A stretch of 40,293 bases of DNA, taken from NCBI GenBank assembly GCA_045604745.1, contig JAZUOR010000124.1, positions 1-40,293 of the forward strand, read 5' to 3'. Positions within the stretch are counted from its first letter, which is position 1, and each line of letters begins with the position of its first letter. The position numbers and the translations under genes are program-made. Below, one piece after another: positions 33,601 to 40,293 of this stretch. Under the pieces are notes generated by a model, which was given only the letters and a program-made list of their open reading frames with translations, searched no databases and was not told the origin of the DNA. This DNA comes from Acutalibacteraceae bacterium. Its GTDB lineage: Bacteria > Bacillota > Clostridia > Oscillospirales > Acutalibacteraceae.

Positions 33601-35083
33601 GCTGGAGCCTGATGAGCAGTACGGTATTACCGGTGATTACAGCAAGGTAACCTTTGGTCTGTTCGCAGCAGAGCAGCTGACCGCTGCAGACGGCACAAGC
33701 ATTCCTGTTGATGGTCTGCTGGAAATTGCCCATGCCGATGCAGAGGGAAATATCGCTTTCAAGACCGATCTTCCGTATGGCAGCTACTATGTAAAGGAAA
33801 TGTCCACCGATGACCGTTATGTGCTTTCGGGAGAGAAGTACGAATTCGACTTCTGTCTCCTGAACAACGAGTATGCCGAGATTGTCATTCCGGTAAACAA
33901 CGGCGAACCGGTAGTCAATGAGCTTGCATACGGTTCGGTGTGCGGCATCAAGACTGATAACGCGGGGGTATCGCTCGCCGGTGCAGTCGTCGGTATTTTC
34001 AAGTCCGACACATCAGAATTTACCGAAGATACTGCCATACTCACCACCACATCTGCAGAGGACGGACTGTTCAGATTCGATAATATTCCCTGCGGCTCTT
34101 ACATCATCCGTGAGATCGCAGCCCCGGACGGTTATGTTCTGAGCGATGAGGTGTTCAAGGCTGACATCACCGAAAACGAACAGATCGTAGAGATTACCCT
34201 CATCAACAGGAAGATCTCCGGCAGCGTTCAGCTCACCAAGGTGGACGAGGACTATCCGGAAAACAAGCTGACCGGAGCTGTTTTCGAGGTGTACATTGAC
34301 GCGGAAAGTGACCTTGCTTTCGATGCTGAAAAGGACACTCTCGTCGGCACTCTCAAGGAAATTGAGCCGGGTGTGTACCGCCTTGATGGTCTTGATTACG
34401 GCGATTACTTCCTGCGTGAAACCAAAGCCCCGGAGGGTTTTGTGCTGGACACCGCATTCTATGCTTTCTCCATCAAGAGCGACGGTACTGTTGAGAATAT
34501 CGAAAACAAAGCCGGTATCGGCTTCATCAACAAACCCATCACCGGTACTCTCAAAATCACCAAAACCGATCTTACGGACGGTAAACTGATACCCAACGCC
34601 GGATTCCGTATCAAGGACGAAGCCGGAAATGTTGTGGTCGAGGGTTACACCGATGAGAACGGCGTGGCAGAATTCGAGCTACGCTACGGCAAATACACAT
34701 ATCAGGAGTTCGACGCTCCGGATGGATATCTGCTGGATGAGTCGGAATATCCTTTTGAGATCACCGAAAACGGACAGATCGTAACCGCAGGCATGACCAA
34801 TGAGCTGATCCCCGTGGAAACACCCCAGACCGGAGATAGTACCTCCACATGGCTGTGGATCACCCTGATGTGTGTCGGCGTTATGGGCATGGCGGCTCTG
34901 ACCATCCTCTACTTCATGGGCTATGCCGAGCAGCTGGAACTCAAACGCTATGCCCTTGCTGCCGCCGGTGTCGGAAAGACGCTGGCTGTTCGTACAGGAA
35001 ACTATATCTCGAAGCTCTCCGGTACTGTATGCCGTTTTGCAAAAACAAAGCTGCTGTGCCGGTTTGCTCTGACATCGAAATAA
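30686..35083 (+). CDS. giant cell-wall-anchored adhesin: N-terminal thioester-domain-like module, at least 9 Cna-B/SpaA-type Ig-like repeats, and a TPQTG sorting signal
   Basis: Signal peptide MKSHSFMFRKIIAMLLLAVMFCSSAAQVFA. Thioester signatures: YCVEPG (Cys codon 30941-30943) and TQILIW (Gln codon 31157-31159). Repeated pattern G.L.I.K.D.....L.GA.F.....G.......T...G......L..G.Y...E..AP.GY.L. The sorting motif TPQTG (34820-34834) is followed by a TM helix and a basic tail. The start at 30686 follows AGGAGG. Confidence 0.85.
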   Translation: MKSHSFMFRKIIAMLLLAVMFCSSAAQVFAATQVSINCVNLPRGDDPNKSNWGHGKLTLMNGVTYNSTDKFVAKGVNSYTGKVAYCVEPGKVLQDGDGLVKDENFWENLEDNKTINASTIQMYISRIMYYGYSGKLDVLWSSKNSADANEMGNMIATQILIWETLVGERDSKFNKVDASKYGCNNILDTIAANHPLRSQIMSNYNRIVSSVQSHSALPSFMSSSSSTAESVELTYDSSSGKYKAVLTDSNNVLSKFSFSSSDPGISFSASGNKLTITSNSAPSGKVSISATKSNCTTVGMIIWSAGGVQSVVTYGEEIEDPVVAHMSIAVSAGTLRIVKTSEDGNVAGIEFTITGDNFSKTVKTGSDGTIAIDNLAAGVYTVTEKDIDGYAPQSAQRITVVSGQTATVTFDNTLRRGSVEVVKESEDGRVSGVKFRLYGTSLSGTAVDLTAVTDDKGVAKFDNVLISGDKPYTIEETGISSKYVIPKALNVTVKWNETSKVTFENKLRKFCVTVTKSDSETGTAQGNANLAGAVYGLYLNGELVESCTTDKDGKFTTGYHPCGDGWTIREISPSEGYMLDKTVYTVDGSTSGTTNVELNNAPSISVKEQIIKGDLSIIKHTDDGSTQIETPEVGATFEVFLTSSGSYDAAKESERDLLVCDENGFALSKKLPYGTYTVKQTKGWDGRELMKPFETQISANGETVRYIINNAQFEAYLKVVKVDAETGKAIPYAGAGFQILDSSGKPVTMSYTYPTVTTADTFYTNSDGSLVTPEKLPQGKYSLLEVQAPHGYVLNSEPVSFVIDAEHASDDGGVTVVKIIKENMAQKATIVITKTGESFSSVTAKSHAEEKEGETTVSDTIYTPVYAETGLQGAVFEVKAATDIYTPDGTLRYEAGTVVDTITTGADGKAVTKALYLGEYFITETEAPDGYLCSTEVHSAELEYAGQQVEITEKTLSYFNARQKATARVLKQLEPDEQYGITGDYSKVTFGLFAAEQLTAADGTSIPVDGLLEIAHADAEGNIAFKTDLPYGSYYVKEMSTDDRYVLSGEKYEFDFCLLNNEYAEIVIPVNNGEPVVNELAYGSVCGIKTDNAGVSLAGAVVGIFKSDTSEFTEDTAILTTTSAEDGLFRFDNIPCGSYIIREIAAPDGYVLSDEVFKADITENEQIVEITLINRKISGSVQLTKVDEDYPENKLTGAVFEVYIDAESDLAFDAEKDTLVGTLKEIEPGVYRLDGLDYGDYFLRETKAPEGFVLDTAFYAFSIKSDGTVENIENKAGIGFINKPITGTLKITKTDLTDGKLIPNAGFRIKDEAGNVVVEGYTDENGVAEFELRYGKYTYQEFDAPDGYLLDESEYPFEITENGQIVTAGMTNELIPVETPQTGDSTSTWLWITLMCVGVMGMAALTILYFMGYAEQLELKRYALAAAGVGKTLAVRTGNYISKLSGTVCRFAKTKLLCRFALTSK

Positions 35084-35101
35084 TACAGGAGGAATCAGAA
35101 C

Positions 35102-35431
35102 ATGAAAAAGCTGAAAAGGCTGCTGCCGGTGCTGGTCATTCTGCTGCTGGCGGCTGTGATTTTTTCAATGAATGTCTTTGCTGCAGGAGATGTCTCCGGC
35201 GCAATCGAGGACACATGGAACACCGCACAGGCACAGATCCGCTCTGTGGTGGACAATGTCGTATTCCCGGTAATTGATATGATTCTGGCAATCATGTTCT
35301 TTGTCAAACTTGGCACCGCGTATTTCGATTATCGCAAACACGGACAGTTTGAATTTGCCGCACCCGCAATACTGTTTGCCTGTCTGGTCTTTACCCTCAC
35401 AGCCCCGCTGTACATCTGGGATATCATCTAA
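35102..35431 (+). CDS. small two-TM secreted membrane protein, possible VirB2/TrbC-like pilin of the T4SS
   Basis: 109 aa: a signal peptide (cleavage near VFAAG), an amphipathic segment and two hydrophobic helices. It sits at the head of the T4SS gene block. The family call is tentative. Confidence 0.45.
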   Translation: MKKLKRLLPVLVILLLAAVIFSMNVFAAGDVSGAIEDTWNTAQAQIRSVVDNVVFPVIDMILAIMFFVKLGTAYFDYRKHGQFEFAAPAILFACLVFTLTAPLYIWDII

Positions 35432-35497
35432 GTCATACGTTTCGCATTAGTTGGCGTACGTTCCGTCGCTGTTTATATTTTCCACACCCATTTATAC

Positions 35498-35535
35498 TAA
35501 TACTTAAAGAGTTAGTTTACACTCTTTCAGTATTA
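35498..35535. promoter_or_regulatory. 15-bp-arm imperfect palindrome (TAATACTTAAAGAGT-N8-ACTCTTTCAGTATTA): candidate operator of the XRE regulator
   Basis: Read directly. 14 of 15 arm positions are complementary. It ends 15 nt before the xre-like ATG, so it overlaps the RBS/promoter region. Confidence 0.45.
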
Positions 35536-35550
35536 CCAGGAGGGTAGAAA

Positions 35551-35883
35551 ATGGTTGATAAACGAATTGGTGTCAGAATCAAAGAATGCCGCGAAAGAGC
35601 AGGAATGACACAGGAACAGCTGGCTGAAGCCTCGGATATTTCCACCGGTTATCTTTCGAGCATCGAACGCGGAGAGCGATTCCCTCGCATAGAAAACCTG
35701 ATTTCAATTCTTAATGCGATGAATGCCTCAGCGAACGATATTTTCATAGATGTCCTTGATAACGCTGATCTGATTGAGGCTTCTGAATTGACCAAGCGCA
35801 TCAACGCTCTGCCCATAACGGAACAGCGTCGCATCCTCGCTGTACTGGAAACACTGCTCGCCGATGCGGAAGGCAGGAAATAA
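35551..35883 (+). CDS. XRE-family helix-turn-helix transcriptional regulator
   Basis: IGVRIKECRERAGMTQEQLAEASDISTGYLSSIERGERFPRIENLISILNAM is a canonical HTH_3 (Cro/C1) domain. Confidence 0.9.
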   Translation: MVDKRIGVRIKECRERAGMTQEQLAEASDISTGYLSSIERGERFPRIENLISILNAMNASANDIFIDVLDNADLIEASELTKRINALPITEQRRILAVLETLLADAEGRK

Positions 35884-35900
35884 TCGAATATGAGATATAA

Positions 35901-35939
35901 AAATCTGCATCTGTCCTTACAGGTGCAGATTTTTCTTTT
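35901..35939 (+). terminator. rho-independent terminator
   Basis: AATCTGCATCTGT...ACAGGTGCAGATT (12 of 13 bp paired) followed by TTTTCTTTT. Confidence 0.75.
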
Positions 35940-36040
35940 ATGTATGACATTTTTCGACTTTTTTCGACAAAACGTATGTGATATACTAACGCTGTAAGTG
36001 TGAGTTGTAATTCTTTTGGTGTTATCGAAAGGAACGAATT

Positions 36041-36553
36041 ATGAAGGAAAAATCTTGCGCATTCACAGGATTGCGCCCCGAAAAACTGCCGGTTCTCACC
36101 GACACCACTTGTCATGAATATGCTGTTCTCCGGCAGCGAATCAAGAAAGAAGTAAACAGACTGATCGCCGAAGAAAATGTGCGTTCATTTCTGTGCGGAA
36201 TGGCAAGAGGAATAGACCTCATCTGCGGCAGAATCGTACTGGAACTAAAGGAACAGCACCCCGACATTACCCTTGAATCTGTCATCCCCTACGAAGAGCA
36301 GGCGGTGGCATGGAGTGAGAGTGATAGGGACGAATATTTCGATGTTGCCGAGCATTGCGACAGAGAAACCATGCTGCAGGCGCATTATACCAGAGGCTGT
36401 CTGCAGAAACGCAACCGGTACCTCGTAGACAACGCCGACATCGTACTGGCTGTGTGGAACGGAACCTCCGGCGGCACTGCATACACGGTATCCTACGCAC
36501 AGAAGAAAGGTAAAACGCTAGTAATCATCAATCCTGACGAACCGGCAGAATAA
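36041..36553 (+). CDS. SLOG-superfamily protein, DUF1273/YpsA-like
   Basis: CAFTGLRPEKLP..., FLCGMARGIDLICGRIVLELK and ADIVLAVWNGTSGGTAYTVSYAQKKGKTLVII match the Rossmann-like SLOG pattern (GxxxGxD ... G..GGT). Confidence 0.7.
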   Translation: MKEKSCAFTGLRPEKLPVLTDTTCHEYAVLRQRIKKEVNRLIAEENVRSFLCGMARGIDLICGRIVLELKEQHPDITLESVIPYEEQAVAWSESDRDEYFDVAEHCDRETMLQAHYTRGCLQKRNRYLVDNADIVLAVWNGTSGGTAYTVSYAQKKGKTLVIINPDEPAE

Positions 36554-36556
36554 AGG

Positions 36557-36597
36557 AACAGGCGGCTGTTATGCTTTGAGCATGTCAGCCGCCTGTT
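36557..36597 (+). terminator. 12-bp perfect-stem hairpin after the SLOG gene (weak U-tract)
   Basis: AACAGGCGGCTG, a 17-nt loop, then CAGCCGCCTGTT. Confidence 0.5.
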
Positions 36598-36789
36598 GCG
36601 TTGGGAGGTATTCAGTTGCTCAAATAACGATCAATGTACTCGTTATGCACCGGAACACCCTGATTTTTATCCCATTATACACTCTTCTGGCAGACTAATC
36701 AACAATAAAACCGGAAAAACAGGAGGCGATTATCAATACTTGACTGGCTGATCAAAATCATTGAGGGTATCGGTGATGCCATCGGTGAG

Positions 36790-37668
36790 GTGTTCAACTT
36801 TCTCGGAGAGCAAATCTCCAACGTCATATGGGATACCATGCTCCAGTGGTTCTACACAACGATTTTCAATGCCGTATCAGACTTCTTCACCCTCATGGGC
36901 AACATGGGAGCAGAAATCTTTGAACTGTCATGGGTGAGCGCGACTGTTCGTCTGTTTACTCTTTTGGGCTGGTCGCTGTTTGCCGCAGGAACTGTGGTAG
37001 CTGTATTCGACATTGCCATTGAATATCAGAGCGGCAGAGCCAACCTGAAATCAACGGTAATAAACATCATTAAGGGCTTTTTTGCCGCAAGCCTCGTGGG
37101 TGTTCTTCCCATTGAGCTGTACAAGTTCTGCATCTCTCTGCAGAATGTGTTTTCACGGGATCTCGCAGGCATCTTTGCAGAAGGACAGAGTCTTGACCTG
37201 AACGGACAGAGCATGACTGTGCTTGAGGGCAGCTTCCGTGTCGCAGAGGATGTAACCCTCTCACTGTTCAATCTTCTGGCACTGATTGCGTTCGCCTATT
37301 GTGTGGTTAAGATATTCTTTGCCAACATCAAACGCGGCGGCATTCTCCTCATCCAGATAGCTGTCGGAACACTGTATATGTTCAGCGTACCGAGAGGATA
37401 TGATGACGGCTTCAAGCAATGGTGCAAGCAGATAATCGCTCTTTGTCTGACCGCTTTCATGCAGACAACGCTGCTGTTTCTCGGTCTGCTTACCTTCACC
37501 GACAATATGCTGCTCGGTCTTGGAATCATGCTTGCGGCAAACGAAGTGCCGAGAGTGGCACAGCAGTTCGGACTTGACTCCAGCGTAAAGGTCAACATGA
37601 TGAGCGTGGTACACACCACTTCCACCGCTGTCAATCTCACACGCAGCCTTGCAAGAGGCGGCAAATAA
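36790..37668 (+). CDS. polytopic membrane protein, VirB6/TrbL-like T4SS channel component (true start probably upstream of the annotated GTG)
   Basis: At least 6 TM helices, positioned directly before the PrgI-like and VirB4-like genes. The frame stays open and protein-like upstream (..LDWLIKIIEGIGDAIGEV), reaching an AGGAGG at 36721-36726. Confidence 0.55.
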   Translation: MFNFLGEQISNVIWDTMLQWFYTTIFNAVSDFFTLMGNMGAEIFELSWVSATVRLFTLLGWSLFAAGTVVAVFDIAIEYQSGRANLKSTVINIIKGFFAASLVGVLPIELYKFCISLQNVFSRDLAGIFAEGQSLDLNGQSMTVLEGSFRVAEDVTLSLFNLLALIAFAYCVVKIFFANIKRGGILLIQIAVGTLYMFSVPRGYDDGFKQWCKQIIALCLTAFMQTTLLFLGLLTFTDNMLLGLGIMLAANEVPRVAQQFGLDSSVKVNMMSVVHTTSTAVNLTRSLARGGK

Positions 37669-37683
37669 GGAGGAATCAAATCA

Positions 37684-37950
37684 ATGACAACCTATATCTA
37701 TCCGCAGAACCTCAAGGCGCACGCAAATATGTGGCTGTGGTCGCTGCGGGATTTTGCCATCATCTGTGTGGCTCTGCTCATATCCGTGCTGGCGCTTACA
37801 CAAACCGGAATTCTTTTTCCTCTGGCAATGACCATCGGATACGGCTTCCTGTCCATTCAGATGGACGGTACAACTGTGCTCGACTACATCGGATATGCTG
37901 CAGGCTATTTTCTTACCACACAGCAGCAGTACGAATGGAGGTGTGACTGA
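37684..37950 (+). CDS. PrgI-family (VirB3-like) small T4SS membrane protein
   Basis: 88 aa. MTTYIYPQNLKAHANMWLWSLRDFAIICVALLISV matches the PrgI-family pattern (a short cytosolic N-terminus, then two TM helices). RBS is AAGGAGG. Confidence 0.7.
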   Translation: MTTYIYPQNLKAHANMWLWSLRDFAIICVALLISVLALTQTGILFPLAMTIGYGFLSIQMDGTTVLDYIGYAAGYFLTTQQQYEWRCD

Positions 37951-37951
37951 C

Positions 37952-38539
37952 ATGGGAATCTTTTCCGGGCGAAAACGCTCCACAAGAGAACTCATCGGAG
38001 TAAAAATCTTCACTCGCTTCGGTCTGGAAACAGCCAAAGGCGAGCTGGTCATATTCGAGGTGGCTCCCACTAATATTTCGGTTCTTTCTCCGGCGTCCAT
38101 CGAGCTGAAGATCCTTCGACTGCAGCACTTGTTCCAGACCATGCCGGACATTGAACTCATATGCTGTGACTCCTGTGAGTGCTTTGATGCAAACAAGGCG
38201 TATGTAGCCTCACGACTGGAGGAAGAAAACAATCCCAATGTCAGAACTGTGCTGAAAAAGGAGCTGGAATTCTTCGACAGCATCCAGACCGAGCTGTCCA
38301 CAGCACGGCAGTTCATGTTCACCTTCCGCCTGAAAGCAAAGAAACCGGAACAGCAGCTCGAAGCTGTCAACCGTGTTGAAAAATGCATATCCGATCAGGG
38401 CTTTGAGATCCACCGTATGGAAAAGCCACAGCTCAAGCGGATGCTGGCTGTGTATTTCGGTGCAAGCAACGACGGCGATGCCATTCCTGACTTCGATGGC
38501 GAACAATATTTAATGGAGGAATCAGACGATGAAGATTAA
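37952..38539 (+). CDS. conjugation-cluster hypothetical protein (195 aa, acidic C-terminus)
   Basis: The ATG at 37952 follows GGAGGTG and comes 1 nt after the PrgI-like stop. Composition is coding-like. No motif recognised. Confidence 0.55.
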   Translation: MGIFSGRKRSTRELIGVKIFTRFGLETAKGELVIFEVAPTNISVLSPASIELKILRLQHLFQTMPDIELICCDSCECFDANKAYVASRLEEENNPNVRTVLKKELEFFDSIQTELSTARQFMFTFRLKAKKPEQQLEAVNRVEKCISDQGFEIHRMEKPQLKRMLAVYFGASNDGDAIPDFDGEQYLMEESDDED

Positions 38540-39299
38540 CAAATGGATATTTCTTTCGGCTATTGTACTGTGCCTTGCTCTGGTGGTCGTCGGTACAGTC
38601 TTTACTGTGCGTGACTGCACACAGCAGCGGAAAGACAAGGAGGTTTTCGAGCAGCTTTCTGTGTTTATTCCGGAAGTTGTTGTGTCTGAAACGGACTTGG
38701 GGTCAAGTGGTGGTACAGTATCTTCCGGGGATGTAGCCCCGGCTGAAAAGCCCACCATATACTCCGGAAATCCCGAATGTATCGGGTGGTTGTCCATCGA
38801 GGGTACCAATCTGAGCTACCCGGTGATGCACACACCTGACGAACCCACAAAATATCTCAACCGCAACTATTATGGCGATTACAGCAGTGCCGGTGTTCCT
38901 TTCCTCGATGCACGCTGTGACCTTTCAAACAGCGACAACCTCATATTCTACGGTCACCGGATGAAGAACGGCACAATGTTCTCCTGTCTGAAGAAATACA
39001 CCGACAAATCCTTCCGGGACAGCCACTCCACCGTCACTCTGCAGACTGAGGACGGTGTTTTTAATTTCGAGGTGTTCGCAGTCATCTCCACCGACAAGGT
39101 GGATCGCTGGTACTGTTTCACCAACGCCGTCAGCGCTGCAGAGTATGACTCCATGATCGACTATGCCATCGATCACAGCCTCTACAACACCGGTATCAGA
39201 CCAGCGCAGGGCGACCGGATCATATCGCTGTCCACCTGTTACGGCAGCGGTAAGGACGGCAGGCTCATCGTCATAGCAAGGGAGTTGAAGCAGTCATGA
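38529..39299 (+). CDS. class B sortase
   Basis: N-terminal TM anchor, then NPECIGWLSIEGTNLSYPVMHTPDEPTKYLNRNYYGDYSSAGVPFLD, NLIFYGHRMKNGTMF (catalytic His), LSTCY (catalytic TLxTC-type Cys) and RLIVIA (Arg). Confidence 0.85.
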   Translation: MKINKWIFLSAIVLCLALVVVGTVFTVRDCTQQRKDKEVFEQLSVFIPEVVVSETDLGSSGGTVSSGDVAPAEKPTIYSGNPECIGWLSIEGTNLSYPVMHTPDEPTKYLNRNYYGDYSSAGVPFLDARCDLSNSDNLIFYGHRMKNGTMFSCLKKYTDKSFRDSHSTVTLQTEDGVFNFEVFAVISTDKVDRWYCFTNAVSAAEYDSMIDYAIDHSLYNTGIRPAQGDRIISLSTCYGSGKDGRLIVIARELKQS

Positions 39300-40293
39300 G
39301 GAAAAGAAAGGTACTTACACCGGAGCAGATAGAGGAAATCCGCACCAAGGACTTCTTTGACATGATTCTCCCCGGCGTCATTCGATTCATGAATGACTAT
39401 TTCATCTGCGGCAGCACATACCGGAGTGTGTGGGTAATAAGAGAATACCCGCCCTCGACAGCGGAACAGGCGATACTGTCCCAGCTTGCCGACCGCACAG
39501 ATGTTACCCTTCGCATCTACAGCCGGCTTGTTGATGCTCATGAGCAGCGAAAGATCATCCAGAACGCCACCCGAAACAACCGCATGGCATCGGGAGGCAA
39601 TGATGTTACGGAAACCATTCAGGCAGAGGGCAATCTGCAGGATGTGGTGGAGCTGCTTGCAAACATGAGAAAAAACAAGGAACCTCTGCTCCACTGCACC
39701 GTGTTCATAGAGCTGAGAGCAAAATCCCACGATGCGCTTCGTGAGCTGCAATCTGAAATATCGATGGAGCTGAACCGTGCGAAAATTTCTGTTGACCGGC
39801 TTCTTCTCCGACAGCGTGAGGGCTTCCTGTCTGTAATGCCCATCGGCGCAAAAGAATTTGGCAGTCAGTATGAGCGTGTGCTCCCTGCATCAAGCGTGGC
39901 AAATCTCTATCCCTTCAACTACTCCGGCAAGACCGACCCGCAGGGCTTTTACATCGGTCGTGACAAGTACGGCACGAATATCCTTGTGGATCTCGACCGG
40001 CGCAGCGATGACAAGACTAATGCAAATGTTCTCATTCTCGGCAACTCCGGTCAGGGCAAATCCTTCCTCCTCAAGCTGCTCCTGACCAATCTGAGAGAAA
40101 GCGGAAAGCGAGTGATAGTGCTGGACGCAGAAGCTGAGTACGATGACCTGACAAGGGAGCTGGGAGGCTGCTGCATAGATTTCATGTCCGGCAGATACAT
40201 CATCAATCCCCTCGAACCCATAACATGGTCGGACGGCGACGATCAGCCGGATGGGGACGCACCCGAAGCATTCCGCAAGGTCACAAGGCTGAG
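39296..40293 (+). CDS. VirB4-family conjugative T4SS ATPase, N-terminal 332 codons (continues beyond the window)
   Basis: My translation (not in the ORF track because there is no stop in the window): MRKRKVLTPEQIEEIRTKDFFDMILPGVIRFMNDYFICGSTYRSVWVIREYP...NVLILGNSGQGKSFLLKLLL (Walker A)...RVIVLDAEAEY. The ATG overlaps the sortase stop (ATGA). Confidence 0.85.
   Translation, partial: MRKRKVLTPEQIEEIRTKDFFDMILPGVIRFMNDYFICGSTYRSVWVIREYPPSTAEQAILSQLADRTDVTLRIYSRLVDAHEQRKIIQNATRNNRMASGGNDVTETIQAEGNLQDVVELLANMRKNKEPLLHCTVFIELRAKSHDALRELQSEISMELNRAKISVDRLLLRQREGFLSVMPIGAKEFGSQYERVLPASSVANLYPFNYSGKTDPQGFYIGRDKYGTNILVDLDRRSDDKTNANVLILGNSGQGKSFLLKLLLTNLRESGKRVIVLDAEAEYDDLTRELGGCCIDFMSGRYIINPLEPITWSDGDDQPDGDAPEAFRKVTRL

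Larger units (their letters stand above)
15620..40293. mobile_element. left part of an integrative conjugative element (Clostridia VirB4/PrgI/VirB6 type) plus an accreted islet, inserted 3' of tRNA-Pro; right end outside the window
   Basis: The content switches at the tRNA from housekeeping genes to ArdA-like, orphan Dam, DUF4314, adhesin with sortase, XRE, VirB6-like, PrgI-like and VirB4-like genes. No integrase, relaxase or coupling protein is in view. Confidence 0.7.

Noticed and set aside
37681-38388. 235-aa minus-strand ORF across the PrgI-like and following genes
   Set aside because: It is antisense to tightly coupled plus-strand T4SS genes that have RBSs. The translation is Ser/Cys-rich with no motifs.

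Overview
The window has two parts. Positions 1-15.3 kb are ordinary chromosome from a high-GC Firmicute, Clostridia-like by gene content (inference only). It encodes a MarR regulator with a flavodoxin-like gene, a MATE efflux pump, an HD-GYP protein, shikimate kinase and a Cd/Zn-type P1B ATPase with a separate HMA metallochaperone. It also encodes a divergent ArsR-AraC fusion regulator, an FMN-dependent hydroxy-acid dehydrogenase, a TIM-barrel sugar-phosphate isomerase, an AraC regulator and an M42 peptidase. The last core genes are an O-antigen-ligase-like membrane protein, a TIGR01212-type radical SAM protein, a NUDIX hydrolase and a DUF1232 protein. A tRNA-Pro(UGG) at 15544-15619, with a consensus sigma-A promoter, marks the boundary. 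Everything to its right looks like the left part of an integrative conjugative element (ICE) of the Clostridia VirB4/PrgI/VirB6 type. That element carries an ArdA-like antirestriction protein, an orphan Dam-type methylase, AbrB-like and SpoVG-like proteins, a ~1465-aa thioester/Cna-B surface adhesin with its own class B sortase, an XRE regulator, a SLOG/DUF1273 protein and T4SS genes. The VirB4 gene runs off the right edge. The most interesting feature is a strongly AT-rich ~6.3 kb insert (about 16.5-22.75 kb) bracketed by two diverged ~0.9 kb direct repeats. Each repeat holds tRNA-flank-like sequence, a conserved hairpin and a paralogous ~180-aa gene. The insert holds only two large co-directional ORFs: a 697-aa protein with a phosphoribosyltransferase (PRTase) PRPP-loop signature, and a ~1170-aa protein fusing an HD phosphohydrolase domain to a GHKL (Bergerat-fold) ATPase. 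I cannot assign this pair to any named defence system from memory, so I flag it as a candidate new defence or conflict module carried on a CIME-like accretion next to the ICE. No CRISPR array, rRNA, transposase or integrase is visible in the window.
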